Shown: positions 13,150 to 26,365 of the stretch, piece after piece
Layout of the letters: each line of letters starts with the position of its first letter
Position numbering within the stretch: the first letter of the stretch is position 1
Assembly: GCA_050084985.1 (NCBI GenBank)
Contig: JBITNC010000002.1
Location: forward strand, 6,820,001 to 6,884,000
DNA length: 64,000 bases
Source of the DNA: Nageia nagi
Lineage: Eukaryota; Plantae; Pinophyta
Direction of reading: 5' to 3'
Translations under genes and position numbers: made by a program
The notes under the pieces: model-generated
The model's database searches: none
What the model saw: the letters and a program-made list of their open reading frames with translations, nothing else
What the model was told of the DNA's origin: nothing

Positions 13150-14950
13150 AGATCTTTCTTCATACTATACACTTTATCTTAATGGCTAGTGAATATGAAA
13201 CCTTATGGTTGATTCACGTATACTTCTTCTAGGTCGCCATTCATGAAGGCTGATTTAAAATCCATTTGGTAAACTATCATACCAAAATGGGATGCTAAAG
13301 CCAGTACATTTGGCTATCTCTAATGTAATAACTAGAGAAAATATCTCTTCATAGTCTAGGCCTTCTTTCTAAACATGGCCTTTTGTTATCAAGCGGGTTT
13401 TATGCTTCGTGATGTTGCCATCAACATTGTACTTTAATCTTGTAGATCCACTTAACGTTAATGATATTATTATTCTTTGGAGGAGGGAAAATCTTCCAAG
13501 AATTATTTTTTGGATTACTCTATCTCATCTTCCATCATTTGTCACCAATCTTCATTCGTTGTTGCTTCTTTAAAGTTGGATAACTCAATAAAAGAAGAGG
13601 ACATCAAGGCATAATTGATCATATGATCACCCCCCTTGATTGTTATTGGATCACTCTTCTTGTAAAATTACCATCCAACATCTGAGAGTGTGGATGATCT
13701 GTGATAATACTTTTCTTATATGCATAACCAGTGCAAGGAGATGTCATGACAAGGATGTTGGATTTTTGAGGCTGCAGTGACTCAACTAGTTTGCTATATG
13801 TGGATTCTTCAAACTCTGGATTGATGGTTGGTCTATATTACTACTTTTGATATGCTCCCCCTTAATTGAAGATAACATCTCGGTTGATATAAAGCTTGTT
13901 AGTGATTGGATCATAGAACTTGTAGGATTTGGACTTGCCAGATTATCCAACAAAGATATACACTTGATTTATTTTTCATCCAAATTTCTCCTATTCTCCT
14001 TAGCGACATACATGTAGCATGTGGAGCCAAAGATCCTTGTATGTGCTATACTTGATTTTTTACGAAATCAAGCCTCGTAAGGGGTAGGATCTTGCAAAAA
14101 TTTTGTTGGGTAGTGATTCAAAATATAAATAATTGTGTGAATAGCTTCATCCCATTATTTTTTCCACCCATCTCTTTCAAAATGCATTGTGCCATCTCAA
14201 TAATTGTCTAGTTCTTCCCCTCAATGCCTTCATTCTATTGAGGAGTGTATATTGTGTGTATTTTTGCTTGATCCCATGTTTGTTGTAGAAGTCTTTGAAT
14301 TCATTAGAAACAAATTAGCCATCATAGTCTATCTAAAACTTCTTGATACAATAGTTATACTGGTTTTCTACCAAGGCTTTGAACTCGGCAAAATAGTTAA
14401 AATCATATAACTTCACTTGCAATGAATATAACCAACTCATTTTGAAATGATCATTAGTAAAAATAAGCATATACCTACACTTGACGATTCTTGGAGTCTG
14501 CAGAGGTCCACATATGTTGGGAAGCACCAAATCTAATGGCTCATGGGCTCTATTTTGATAATAGCAAAACTTCTCTTTATGGTGTTTCTGAAATATGCAA
14601 CTTTCATACAAAGTATCTAATGAGTGTGAAAATTTTATTATGAATTTCAAGAGCTTACAAATTCCATGCAATGAGTTGAATTTGAGGTGTCCAAACCTCT
14701 TATACCATAACCAAGTAGGATCAAGTATCATCTTCAAGCATTTAACAACAATTTATTGCATCTTCAACATATACATTCTATTCTCAGATATGAGAATAGA
14801 GGCAACTACTTAGCAATTAGTGATTTTGTAGCTCTTATTCTCAAATTCTACCTTGTAGTTCATCAAGCACAATTGAATAATGCTTAAGAGATTATGCTTC
14901 AACCCCAGAACACATAAAGTATCATAAACAAGTTTTTATTCCCAATCATA
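13150..14950 (-). pseudogene. Second Ty1/Copia pol relic (integrase and start of RT)
   Basis: ORF 14333-14737: LWYKRFGHL, PLDLVLPNICGP, MSWLYSL; minus strand 13330-13510 gives VKWIYK..KYNVDGNITKHKTRLITKG..LDYEEIFS. Confidence 0.88.
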
Positions 14951-17529
14951 TGGTTTGAGCAACCACTTGCTTTTCTAGAGTTTGATAGGTGAAAACATTT
15001 CATTTCTCAAAATTTGAATATGGTTAATTATAGGTTAATTTCAATGTTTGACTCCAAGATAGAGGATGAGGGGTAGTCATTAAGTTGACTATAACCCCCT
15101 CGAGATCTAGATGGAGTAAATAAATGAACTTGTTTGATGCATTATTAGGTTGGATATCAAAGTATGTGATATGCTTAATGGAACAGGTATCGATGTATGA
15201 ATTTTGAATGAGAATTTAGGAGTAGGATGAATTTCATCTCATAACAAAGAGTTTTCCTAATCCTCACTATTCCAACCATGTTCTAGTACCTTAAACCACT
15301 GATTCTTAGAGTTCACCAAAAATTCTAGTGGACGAGAGCTAGGATTATTGAAGATAATTTGAAGACCTATGTTCAATATATTTTGTATTCAATGCAACTT
15401 GTTATTTTGTAACTTTGAAGTAAAGGAGGTTATTTCCATTTGTAAACTTGTAATCTTTTGTAAATTACTTCACCTTCAATGTACAAAGCATTTTGATTGC
15501 TACATAGATATTTTAGGATGGAAAAAAAGTGTGGATTATTTAAATCAATTGTCATGAGACTTTTGTAGTAGACAATTCAAGTGAGTTCAAAATTATATGG
15601 GTAGCTCTAAACTATAAAGATTTAAACAAAAACAAAAGTGTTATTTTACATTGAACATATTGCAATGAAATCTAGGATATGACTTATGAAGTTATGATGT
15701 TGAATAAATAACAAGTTTTTAGAATTTTTACTATAATCTCAACTTAGTTCATGACTAAATGAATAATTGATAATGAAGTAAGGAAACCTAGAAGTTGTTT
15801 TAAAATTAATGATGGATCAATCAAATAATATCACTATGTGAATAATGTAGGCATTAACAATGAACAAATTAAGAGTTGATATATGAAATCAGATTTTAAG
15901 TACAAGTATTATTTAAACCTTGTATCATGATCAATGGAATATATAGATCTTAATGGTGATACATTATTCAAAAATTAGGATTATATCCTCATGATTCTAA
16001 ATGACTTGTCAAGAAGTATTATGGAATGTTTGAGTCATAATGTAAACATGTCATGATATATCCTATTCAGGAATAAAAATGATTTTTATCATAAGAAGGG
16101 ATATCTTTTACTATATGAGAACAAGTTTTACAAAGGTGTGTAATAAAATTTTTTCTTGTTAAACTATAACAATATAGTAATAAAACATATGAAAGGTTAA
16201 AATATTGTATTTGTTTAATAGGAACACCTAAGAATATATGAATACAAATCGATATCCAAGTGAAGCTTATTGAGCAAGCTTTATAAAGATATAAATGTAC
16301 TTGATGAATATAGAAAATCAATCATATGTCGAACCTAAGCCTTTTTGAAATATGATAAATAAGTGTTTATTGTAAAATTGTTTGATCTTAAGGGACCACA
16401 TCATACGCACTCCTTTGCTAAGAGTAGCTTGTCCATTTTAGTACTCAAGACCAAATACTACTAACTTGTAATAGAGTACATATAAAGGTCTAACTTTTTG
16501 TTCGAGTCATACATGTGGGATATTTATTATGAATAGAAAATATTGTGTTCCATTGACTTGGAAGTAATGTAGTGATATTTTTATTTTATATAAAAAGTAA
16601 AGGATATTTATTTACATTCTAATAATGATTTTTCTATGTTCAATTGTGAGTGATTTACATTCTATAGATTTTTATACATGTACAATGATCTACAATATTC
16701 TATTTGAGAATATAATTAATGGAAAATAATAATGTGTTCTCATAAATATTATAAGGTACATTATTTTTACTGATGAGAGTATTAGCTAGGACTAGAATAA
16801 TTTGAACCATGTTTAAAATTGAACTTAAACTCAACCAAACATTGTAATGAGGAAGTTATGGGAATGGGAATTTGGACCACTAGTGGTGCTAACCATTATT
16901 TATGAGTATATTATCTATCATATCCCAAGGTAAGGGATAATAACTGATAAACTTTCACTATGTCAAGTGAAGACATACGTTGCATTCATTTCTCTAACAT
17001 GATTTAGTGAGTTTAAATGAATGTTATTTCAAGGGTGATGCACTTTACCCACAAGTATTGTGGAGGGTTAATTCATATAGTACATGTGATTAATCTTTGG
17101 ATTAGTGCCATCTTGGGTGTTATGGGCCCCAAGATGAAACCAAAAGACAAATGTTGTGATCAAATTGGATTTTTGTAGAAGATTGGTCAATGATTAGCAA
17201 TAGTGGGATCACTTTTAGGCATCCAACCTAATCCGTAGAGGATTAGGGAGGTGAACTCCAAAAACAAAAGGGACTTGATCAATACTAGTAGTTGGTCAAA
17301 TTAACCCACTTGAGGTCAATTGTCCATTGACACTGACTCAACATGGATCGTCTTAATGCCCCATGAAAATGTTGAATCTGATGAATCATAAAAAAGTTTT
17401 AATTTTTCCCATTTTAGAGAGTAGTTGAGCAAGGTCACTTACAAATCTTGAACCCTCAATTGGAGATGTGCAAATTAAAGCCTTTGGTTGTTTATTAAAG
17501 ATATAGACCTTCTGAAGTAGAGATGCTAC

Positions 17530-19160
17530 ATAGTATGAGGAGAGAGAGAAGATGAAAGGAATAATGCTAAAGGGGGAACATCCATATCATGAGTTGATCA
17601 TAATAAAACTTAATGATTGGATCAATGGTCCTCAGTACAGGGAAATAATTAAGAAAATAAGGATATATATTCTTGATAGGATACAAACCCTATATGATAT
17701 ATATGCAAAGGAAGCCCTGACCAGTGTTATGAACATATTCCAATTTCTACCACCAACATTGATGAAAGGAGAGCCTATTTCATGGCCTAGCTTTCATAGG
17801 GAAATCATGAAATTTCCTTGATATATATAATAATTGGAGGATGATGAATATTTAAAGTGGGTTAGGGCAAAGTATCACCAATAATACCCATGGACTCCAA
17901 TACCTCATTTCACTCATTTGGATCCTCTAAATCCTACAAATATCATAAGGGAATGGGAAATGTCAACCATGCATAATGTTTACTATACAAATGCAATTAG
18001 ACTAAATCTTAGGCCCCTTTATTTCAACATGTTAGTTGAAGAGCAATAAAATTGAGGGGGATGACAAGTCATAGGAATGCATAATTTTTAAACTATTTAG
18101 ATTGACTATAATTTCCCTTTTTAAGCATAAAAGGGCTTTTATGATCCATTTTTTGATCTAAATTTAATGCCCATATATGGTTTAATAAATGAATGTATTT
18201 TGATATGAAATTGTAGATTTTATGTTCTTTAACATGTAAATTCTTTAGATATTTTGCAACATAGTTTTGATGCAAGAAAATGGCTAAGTATTAAGGTGTT
18301 AAGACATGTCCGCAACAACCTACAATGTAGGTCATCTATGTATAAATGGGTGCTTATTAAATGTATGAATAGAGAGAAAGGAAATTATATTATTGTTGTA
18401 ATAGGGAAGCATCCTTTTGGGAAATTATTTGCAAAGGATTATCTACCCTACCTTCTCTTTGTTATGAAAATTGTTGAGTGTTTGTAATTGTTGTGTTAGC
18501 ATAGCGAGAGGAATATTGTGTTGTAATGGAAAAGAATCCTCAAAATTTATTCGAGAAAAAAAATTGCATCCTTCATCAAAATTGTTGTAGAGTCTTCAGA
18601 GAAGATGCAATAATTTTTTTTAGCTTAAAATAGATTTGAATTTTGGATAAAACTTGATACTTGCATGATTTAAAATTTATGCCCATTAGTCATTTCTCTA
18701 TTCATCATGAGAAAATATTTGTGACTAGTTTATATTCAAGGGTAAATTCTCAACTTTCAATATCATTTTATAGATGTTAATGCCATGGATAAAACATGGC
18801 AAGCAATGGAAAGCACACTTGATTCAAAAGAAATACATTCATATGATTTTCCAACATTACGATAACAATTTTGAATCCATTCTTCCCTACTACATGGATG
18901 CCTTAAGAGACATGTGATATCGCATTAGGCATAAACTATAGTGCACACTGTTCTATTTCCTTTGTATCAAGAATTATAAGCATCTCAACCACAATAATAA
19001 TCCACTCACCCATGGAGTCTACCAAGGCCTCCACATAGTTGGACCCCTTCTCTTAGGCATTGCAAATCAAACAACACAAAACTTTCAAAGAGGCTATAAC
19101 TCAAGCTAAAATTATTGAAATTGAAATTCATGATGGTGAGGTTAAGATTTGAAAGAAATA
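17530..19160 (+). mobile_element. Highly decayed LTR-retroelement fragment (unknown ORF, PPT-like, LTR-like, gag-like)
   Basis: AATTGAGGGGGA followed by TG at about 18050-18063; gag-like TFKEAITQAKIIEIE at 19081-19125; no partner LTR found. Confidence 0.35.
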
Positions 19161-19699
19161 AGAATTTACAAAATTTAAACATAACAACAATAACTCATCC
19201 AAAATTTCACAAGTTAATCAAATAGTATTGAGTTCTCCTTATCGTAGTAAATAACCCATAACTCAACTAAGGCAACTATGATCCCAACCAACATAAATAG
19301 TCCAAGAATTATAAACACCTCAACCACAATAATCATCCACTCATTCATAGTGTCTACTAAGGCCTTTGTGTAGTTTGAACTAGTTATCAAAGCCATTGTC
19401 TAATATTTTTCAAAAGTTATATGATGCCAAAATGATCTCCTTACAAATAATTTAATTCCATGACCTTAATTGGGTCAAACCTAACTAGTACAAAGACCAT
19501 GAATATTATGCATAACTTATGTGTAATTTTTTAAAGCCTATAGCATATTTTGTATCCTCAAAACATAAATTTGAAAGATTACAATTTTTCAAACTTCATC
19601 ATATTTTTGATACAAAATGGATCATCGACGATCTAGAAACTATAGGATAAGGGCCACTAGCAATCTAAAAGTTGCAAAAGAGGACTGATGGTAGTCTTC

Positions 19700-20216
19700 T
19701 TTCTATAGAATTACGTGCTCAAATTAAGTATGCAATTTTTGACTACCAAAATAAGATTTCTAACAACATAATAATGAGATAAAATCACACACACAAATGA
19801 ATACAAATATTTATCCTGGATCCTCTCAATGTGAGAATACATCATGTCTTGAAAGAGTTTTTTTTTATTTGTTATTGATTCAAGGTTGAAGCTACAACCA
19901 TAATAGCCTGATGTTATGTCTTTTTTATACATTATTACACCTTCAACTCCAATTGCCATTTTTGCTCCTCTCTTGATCAATCAATCAACTCCAAATATTT
20001 CTCAATCCTTCCTCTAAGTGACTCAAGAATATCAATTGGATGAACTCTCAAGTTCAAACATCACTTATGAACTTGATTTTTTTCTTTAATGGATATGTAT
20101 CAAACCTCCCTTTTTTTTTAGTGGCTCAACAATCTTTAGCCATATCACCAATATAAAAGAAGAATTCATTAGTGCAACCTCTATTTCTTTATCATTCATG
20201 ATCCCAACTCTACTTC
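19700..20216 (-). pseudogene. LINE (L1-like) ORF2 C-terminal relic, interrupted by CACTA insertion
   Basis: LVIWLKIVEPLKKKGGL resembles the plant LINE motif LVSW.KIC.PK..GGLG; downstream IKRGAK. Confidence 0.5.
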
Positions 20217-20563
20217 CACTACAAGAAAATAGACATTGGACATTAGGAATAACATCAAACCCTAATGTAATTTTTTTAAACAAAAATGAAAATTCTCTAA
20301 TGATATACCCGACGTTAACATGTCCATCAGGAATAACATAAGAGATAACATCAAATATAACGTTAGATATAAAATCAAGATATTTAAATCGAGAAAAAAT
20401 AAATATTTTATTTATTTATTTATTGCATTTTTTTGTAATGATATGTTTGAATTTTTTGTATAAATTATAAATTAAAATTATGAATTTAATTGAATGAATT
20501 AATTTATTATTCTGAATTTTATTGATTATATTTAATTGAATTACCCCTCACTACCCTCACCAC

Positions 20564-20999
20564 TATTGGAGATTTAACTTCTTCATTTTTGCCAAAATGA
20601 AATGCCATCACATTTCATACTTCGTGGAAATGCTATCGTGTTTCCATAACCCTATGCATTTCTAGAAACACCATCGTGTTTTCAATTACACTATGTGTTT
20701 TATCAATATTTTTGGCAATTACAACATTTATGATGTTTGCTTGAGTTTTTCTTAGTGGCACTTAATTTTTTGATTCTATTACTTCGTAGGGATGATGGGA
20801 GAATGTCTTATAACATGATTGTAACTCTCATTTAGTATTTTAAGTTAGATTTGAGTGGATTTATGTAACAGTCCTTAGCATTCATTTTGGTCCTCCATTG
20901 AACCTCCATGAGCTCAGTTTCAGGTACTCATTGAGGTTCTATATATTGTTCTTCAAATTTTCTTAATGAATCAAATTGTTGTGTGCTTAAATTCTCTCA
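20564..20999 (+). repeat. Copia 5' LTR (436 bp)
   Basis: TATTGGAGATTTAACTTC...CTCTCA; homologous to 25238-25662. Confidence 0.92.
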
Positions 21000-21129
21000 T
21001 ATTGGCATTAGATCTAGTTGATCTTAGTTGGGTTTAAGAGGTTGTGGATACTTTGTAAAAACTTAACAAATATTGCAAAAAGTGATCCAAATAGGCCTGT
21101 AGAGTGTGTTTAATTTTTTGGAGTGAAAG

Positions 21130-24100
21130 AGATGGATTCTAGAGTTAATTCTCTTCCCATACCAAATTTCAATGGACAAGGGTGTGGACATTATTAAAGA
21201 TGGCTATGTGGAGATAGATTGGGTCACACTTCCTCAAGCTATTAGGCCTGCTAAGAGAGAGAACCAAGAGAAAAATTCTATTGCAATCTACCATCTCCAA
21301 TCATCCTTGTACAAGAGACTGTTCCCAAGGATTGATAGTTGTAATACGGACAAGGATGCATGGAAGATCTTAAAAGATGGATTCAAAGGTAATGATCAAG
21401 TGAAGTAAGTGAGGCTTCAGAAAATGAAGATAGAGTTTAAGAATCTGAAGCAAAAAGAGGATGAGAAAGTAGGAGAATACTATGTAAGAGTGAATACTTG
21501 TGTCCAAATGATGGAGCTCTTAGAGAGGAGGTCAAAAATTTTGTTGTAGTGAAGAAAGTGTTAAGAACACTTCTTCCTAAATGGATCCAAACTATTGTTA
21601 TATTTGAAGAGACCAAATATCTGAGCACTCTTACTATTGATCAACTTATTGGTTCCTTGATGTTCCATGAGGAAAGAATTTCTCCACTCTCAAATGTTGG
21701 GGGTATGGAAGAGAAGGCTTTCACTTCCAAAGAAGGTGACACTAGTTCTAGTGGTCAAGGGGGAAGAGGAAGAGGTAGATATTTTATAGGAAGAGGAAGA
21801 GGAAAAGGAAGAGGAAGAGGAAGATGAAGAGGAGGAGGAAGAGGAAGGAGAGGTATATTTCAAGGTAGAGGAGGATTCCAAGGAAGAGTAAGAGGGATTC
21901 TCTAAAAGGTGACAAGAAAGACAAACAATGTTACTATTGTAACAAGTATGGAAAATATGAAAGGGAATGTAGATTGAAGGCTTCTCAAGAGAGAGACCAA
22001 AGTCCAACTATGGTGAGGAGGATGGATCCTCCACTTTGTTCTTATCTTATGGCCATTCAACCCAAAATCTAGATGAGACATGGATCCTTGACATCGGTTG
22101 CTCAAATCACATGATTGATAAGGGAGATTTATTTTGTACCATGAATGAGTCCTATAAGTCCAAGATTACACTTGGACAATTTGAAGGCATGGGAGCTATG
22201 GAGGTATCTACAAATGAAGGTAACAAAAGGATTAATGATGTGTATTACATTCCAAAATTGAAGCATAATCTATTGAATGTGGGACAAATAATAGAGAAGA
22301 ATTACAAACTTGTGTTTGAGGATAGGAAATGCATGATTTTTGATAAGAACAAAGGGCATAAATATGTCACCATTATTCCCATGACAAGGAATAGATTATT
22401 TCCTCTTAGGTTTGGTGAGCAAAGCACTAATTTTGCTAATGTTGCTATTGATGATAAGAGTTGGTTTTGGCATTTGAGATATGGGCATCTAAATTTTGCA
22501 AGTTTAAAAAGCTTAGTTTCCATAAGATGGTATAAGGGCTACCGAAGGTTCAAGAACATAAAGAAGTATGTATCGATTGTGCTATGGGAAAGCATTCAAG
22601 ATTAAGATTCCCAAAAGGTCAAGCATGGAAAGACTCTTATCCCCTCCAATTCGTGCATAGTGAAATATGTGGGCCAATGCAAACTTAAGTATTGGTAAAA
22701 AATTCTATTTCCTTAATTTCATTGATGATTACTGAAGAATATGTTGGATCTACTTTCTTAAAACTAAGTATGAAGCTTTTATATACTTTAAGGAGTTCAA
22801 GAACTATGTGGAAAAACAAAGTGGCTATCATTTGAAGTGTTTGAGAACAGATGGAGGGGGGGGGGAGTTTTGTAGCAATGAATTTTTGCAATATTGTAAA
22901 AATTGTTGAGTGAGAAGGCAACTCAATGCTGCCTACACTCCAAAACAAAATGGTGTGGCTGAATGTAAGAATAAAACTTTGGCTAATATGGAAAGAAGCA
23001 TGCTCCAAACTAAGGTACTAAGCAATATTTATTGAGTTGAAGCTATTAATATTGTTGTGTATATTTTAAATATAATTCCAACCTCTAGTTTAGATGGCAT
23101 AACACCCTTTAAGGCATGGTATGATAAAAGGCCAATTGTGAATCATTTTAGAGTGTTTGGATGCTTAGGTTATGTGCATGTTCCAAGGGATCATAAAAAA
23201 AATAAAAAATCCAAAGAGTGAGCCTTGTATATTTATTGGTTATTGTGAAGCAAGCAAAGCATACAGATTGTACAATACTAAAACTCACAAAGTTGTTATT
23301 TCAAGAGATGTTATTTTGATGAAGGAAGAGCATGGGGTCATAAAAAATAACTTGTTGAATATGGATCCTTTGATGAAAGCTCTTCTACTGTACAATCTAT
23401 TGTTCATCCTAGCCAACAAAATATGCAACCAATAGCATCAAATAGTCCACAAAATCCCATAGAAGTGTGGCCAAAATATGTTCCAAGCGATTGTGATGGT
23501 TCTCCAAGAAAGAATGGTAAAGTAAGAGGTAATAGAACACTTGCAAATCATCCTCCTCAAATGTTAGATCAGAATTTTTCAAAGAGAGTAACTAGAGGAC
23601 AAGCAAAAGATGCAGATCAAGTAATTAAGAGGCTTGAAAATCTCCATTTGTATAGTGATGAGTTGTATGGTGAATCCAAGGGTGGCTAGTGTTGATTTAG
23701 AGTCTTCTTGTTATAAAAATGCATGTACTAATGATTTTTGGATGAATGCCATGGAAGAGAAGATGCTCTCCATCAAGAAAAAATGATACATGGGAGCTAA
23801 TTGAGCTTCCAAAAGGGAAAAAGGTTTTAGGCTCTAAATGGGTCTATAAAACCAAGTTTAATGTTGATGGCACCATTCAGAGGCACAAGGATAGAATTAT
23901 GGAAAAGGATTCCCACAAAGATATGGCATAGATTATGAGGAGACCTTTGCTCTTATTTCTAGACAAGAAACCATCTGAATGGTTCTCTCCCTTGTGGCTC
24001 ACAAAGGTTGGAAGGTGTACCACTTGGATACCAAGAGTGCACTCTTAAATGTATACCTTGATGAAGAGGTGTTTGTTTCCCAGCCCCAAGGTTTTGAGAA

Positions 24101-25237
24101 AAAAGGTAAAAAACATCATGTTTACAAGTTGAATAAGGCCTTGTATGGCCTCAAGCAAGTCCCAAGGGCTTGTTACTCATGGATATATGGGTATTTCCAA
24201 TAATATGATTTCATAAGGAGTAAAAGTGAACCAACTCTCTACTATAAGCATGATGGTACTAATATTTTGCTGATTTTCCTTACTATTGATGATCTTATTT
24301 ACATGGGTAAAAATTCTAAATTGAATAGTATTTTCAAGAACTTCATGATGCAAGAATTTGAAATAAAGGATCTTGGTCTTGCACTACTTTCTTGGTTTGG
24401 AGGTATATCAAGATGATAGTCAAATTTTTATTTCTCAAACCAAGTATGCTAATGATTTATTGCATAAGTTTGGCATGGATGAGTGTACAACTATTATCAC
24501 TCCTATAGCTCATGGAGAAAACTTAACCAAAGATGATGGAGCTATTGAAGCTAATGTACACATTTATAAAAGCATGGTTGGTAGCTTACTACTCTTAACA
24601 AATTCAAGGTCTGATATTTATCATGTTATTTTACTTGTTTCTAGGTGCATGAGTGATTCTTCAAATATTCATCTAAAGGTAGCTAAGATAATTCTAAGAT
24701 ATATCAAAGGAACATAAGATATTGGCATCCATTATGTCAAAAACAAAGATGTAAAACTTGTTGGACATAGTGATAATGATTGTGGTAACAATGTTGATGA
24801 TAGAAAGTCTACTTTCAATAATTGTTTTAACCTTGGTACAAGTGTTGCTGCATGGTCTTCCAGAAAGCAAATCATAGTTGCCTTATCCTCCATTGAAGCT
24901 AAATACATTTTCATCACTATTGGTAACCACCTTGTTCTATGATAATACGAAAAGTTCTTGAGGAGATAAAGAGAGAACAAATTGGTTCAACCACCTTGTT
25001 CTGTGATAACCAGAGTACCATATAGTAGGCAAAGAATCATGTGCATCACTCTAGATCCAAATACTTTGATATGAAGTACCACTTCATATGGGATATAGTT
25101 GAGAAGAAAGCTATTGAATTATGCTATTACAAGAATGAGGATAATTTGGCTGACCTATTCAACAAAGGTGTTGCTACACATCAGTTTGTGAAGCTAAGAG
25201 ACTTCCCAGTTAGCCCTCTCACCTTCAAGGGCGATTA
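21130..25237 (+). pseudogene. Copia gag-pol polyprotein with many stops and frameshifts
   Basis: UBN2-like gag (DAWKILK, KKVLRTL, LTIDQLIGSL), RGG tract, zinc knuckle CYYCNKYG, protease WILDIGCSNHM, WHLRYGHLN, integrase RTDGG, CIFIGY..SKAYRLY, RT KWVYKTK/LNKALYGLKQ, RNase H HHSRSKYFDMKYHFI. Confidence 0.95.
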
Positions 25238-25662
25238 TGTTAGAGATTTAACTTCTTCATTTTTACCAGAATAAAATGCCATCATGTTTCATACTTTGTG
25301 GAAAAATTACCATGTTTCTGCAACCCTGCACATTTCTAGAAACCCCATCATGTTTTTAATTATCCTACATATTTTATCAATATTTTTGGTAGTTACGATA
25401 TTTATGATGTTTGCTTGAGTTTTTCTTAGTGGAACTTTATTTTAGCGTTTGTTACTTCGTAGGGATGATGGGAGAATACCCTAGAATATGATTGTAACTC
25501 CCATTTAGCTATTTTCAATCGAATTTGAGTGGATTTATGTAATAGTCGTTATCATTCATTTTGATCCTCCATGAGGTCAGTTTCAATTACTCATTAAGGT
25601 TCTATATATTTTACTTTAAATTTGCTTAAGGAATCAAATTATTTTGTGCTCAATTTATTTCA
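25238..25662 (+). repeat. Copia 3' LTR (425 bp)
   Basis: TGTTAGAGATTTAACTTC...ATTTCA. Confidence 0.92.
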
Positions 25663-25934
25663 ATCAATATCCCCTACTCTATATCGCTCACTATCTTCAT
25701 ACTCACTAACATGGTGTTTTTCCTCTTGATCTATATCCATCGTAACCTCCTAATTAGCAAGCACTACCAAAGAATCCTCCAAATGATAATTAAATAAATG
25801 TTAGTAAACAATCAGAAATTAAAAAGCATTTCATGAATATCAAATCATAATTAATTAATTAATAGCATATAAACTATTACAAACCAAATATTTAATATTA
25901 TTAATGTATTAAAAGAAAAAATTTGTATCAGATT

Positions 25935-26240
25935 ATTTAAGTTAAAATTTTACTAACCTACATCAAATATTTAGTAACCTTATAAATCTAGTCTAAGTCA
26001 AATTTTTACTAACTTAATAAGTCTGACCTGAGTTAAAGTTTTAGTGACCTAAGTCTAACATAAGTCAAATTTATATTGACCTAAGTCTAATCTAATCTAA
26101 GTCATATTTTTACTAATCTAGCTAAGTAAAATTTTTACTAACCTATGTCAATGTTTTTCTAACCTAAGTGTAACATAAGTTAAATTTTTACTTAGTTAAG
26201 TATAACCTATATCAAATATTTACTAACTTAAGTCATATTT
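25935..26240. repeat. Degenerate ACCTAAGTCTAA / TTTTACTAACCTAAGTC tandem repeats inside the CACTA
   Basis: Repeated CTAAGTC, TTTTACTAAC motifs. Confidence 0.75.
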
Positions 26241-26249
26241 TTAAGAAAC

Positions 26250-26365
26250 TAAACCTTAAAAACCAAAAATTGTAAGACCTTAAACCCTTAAGCTTGAAGA
26301 TCCTAAACCCTAAAACCCTTAATCCCTTAAACTGTAAACACTAAACCTTAAAACCATAAACCCCA
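26250..26365. repeat. Degenerate telomere-like (CCCTAAA)n tract inside the CACTA
   Basis: CCTAAACCCTAAAACCCTTAA etc. Confidence 0.8.

Larger units (their letters stand above)
20564..25662 (+). mobile_element. Full-length decayed Ty1/Copia LTR retrotransposon nested in the CACTA
   Basis: Two LTRs; degenerate tRNA-Met PBS TGGCATTAGATC at 21003; PPT-like AAGGGCGATTA before 25238; TSD ACCAC/ATCAA (3 of 5 match); gag-PR-INT-RT-RH order. Confidence 0.95.

Noticed and set aside
15068-15110. Hairpin followed by CTAG (Helitron 3' end)
   Set aside because: Imperfect hairpin, next base is not T, and no 5' end or Rep/Hel sequence is recognisable
21690-22007. Poly-Ser ORF on the minus strand
   Set aside because: Antisense shadow of the Copia gag RGG tract
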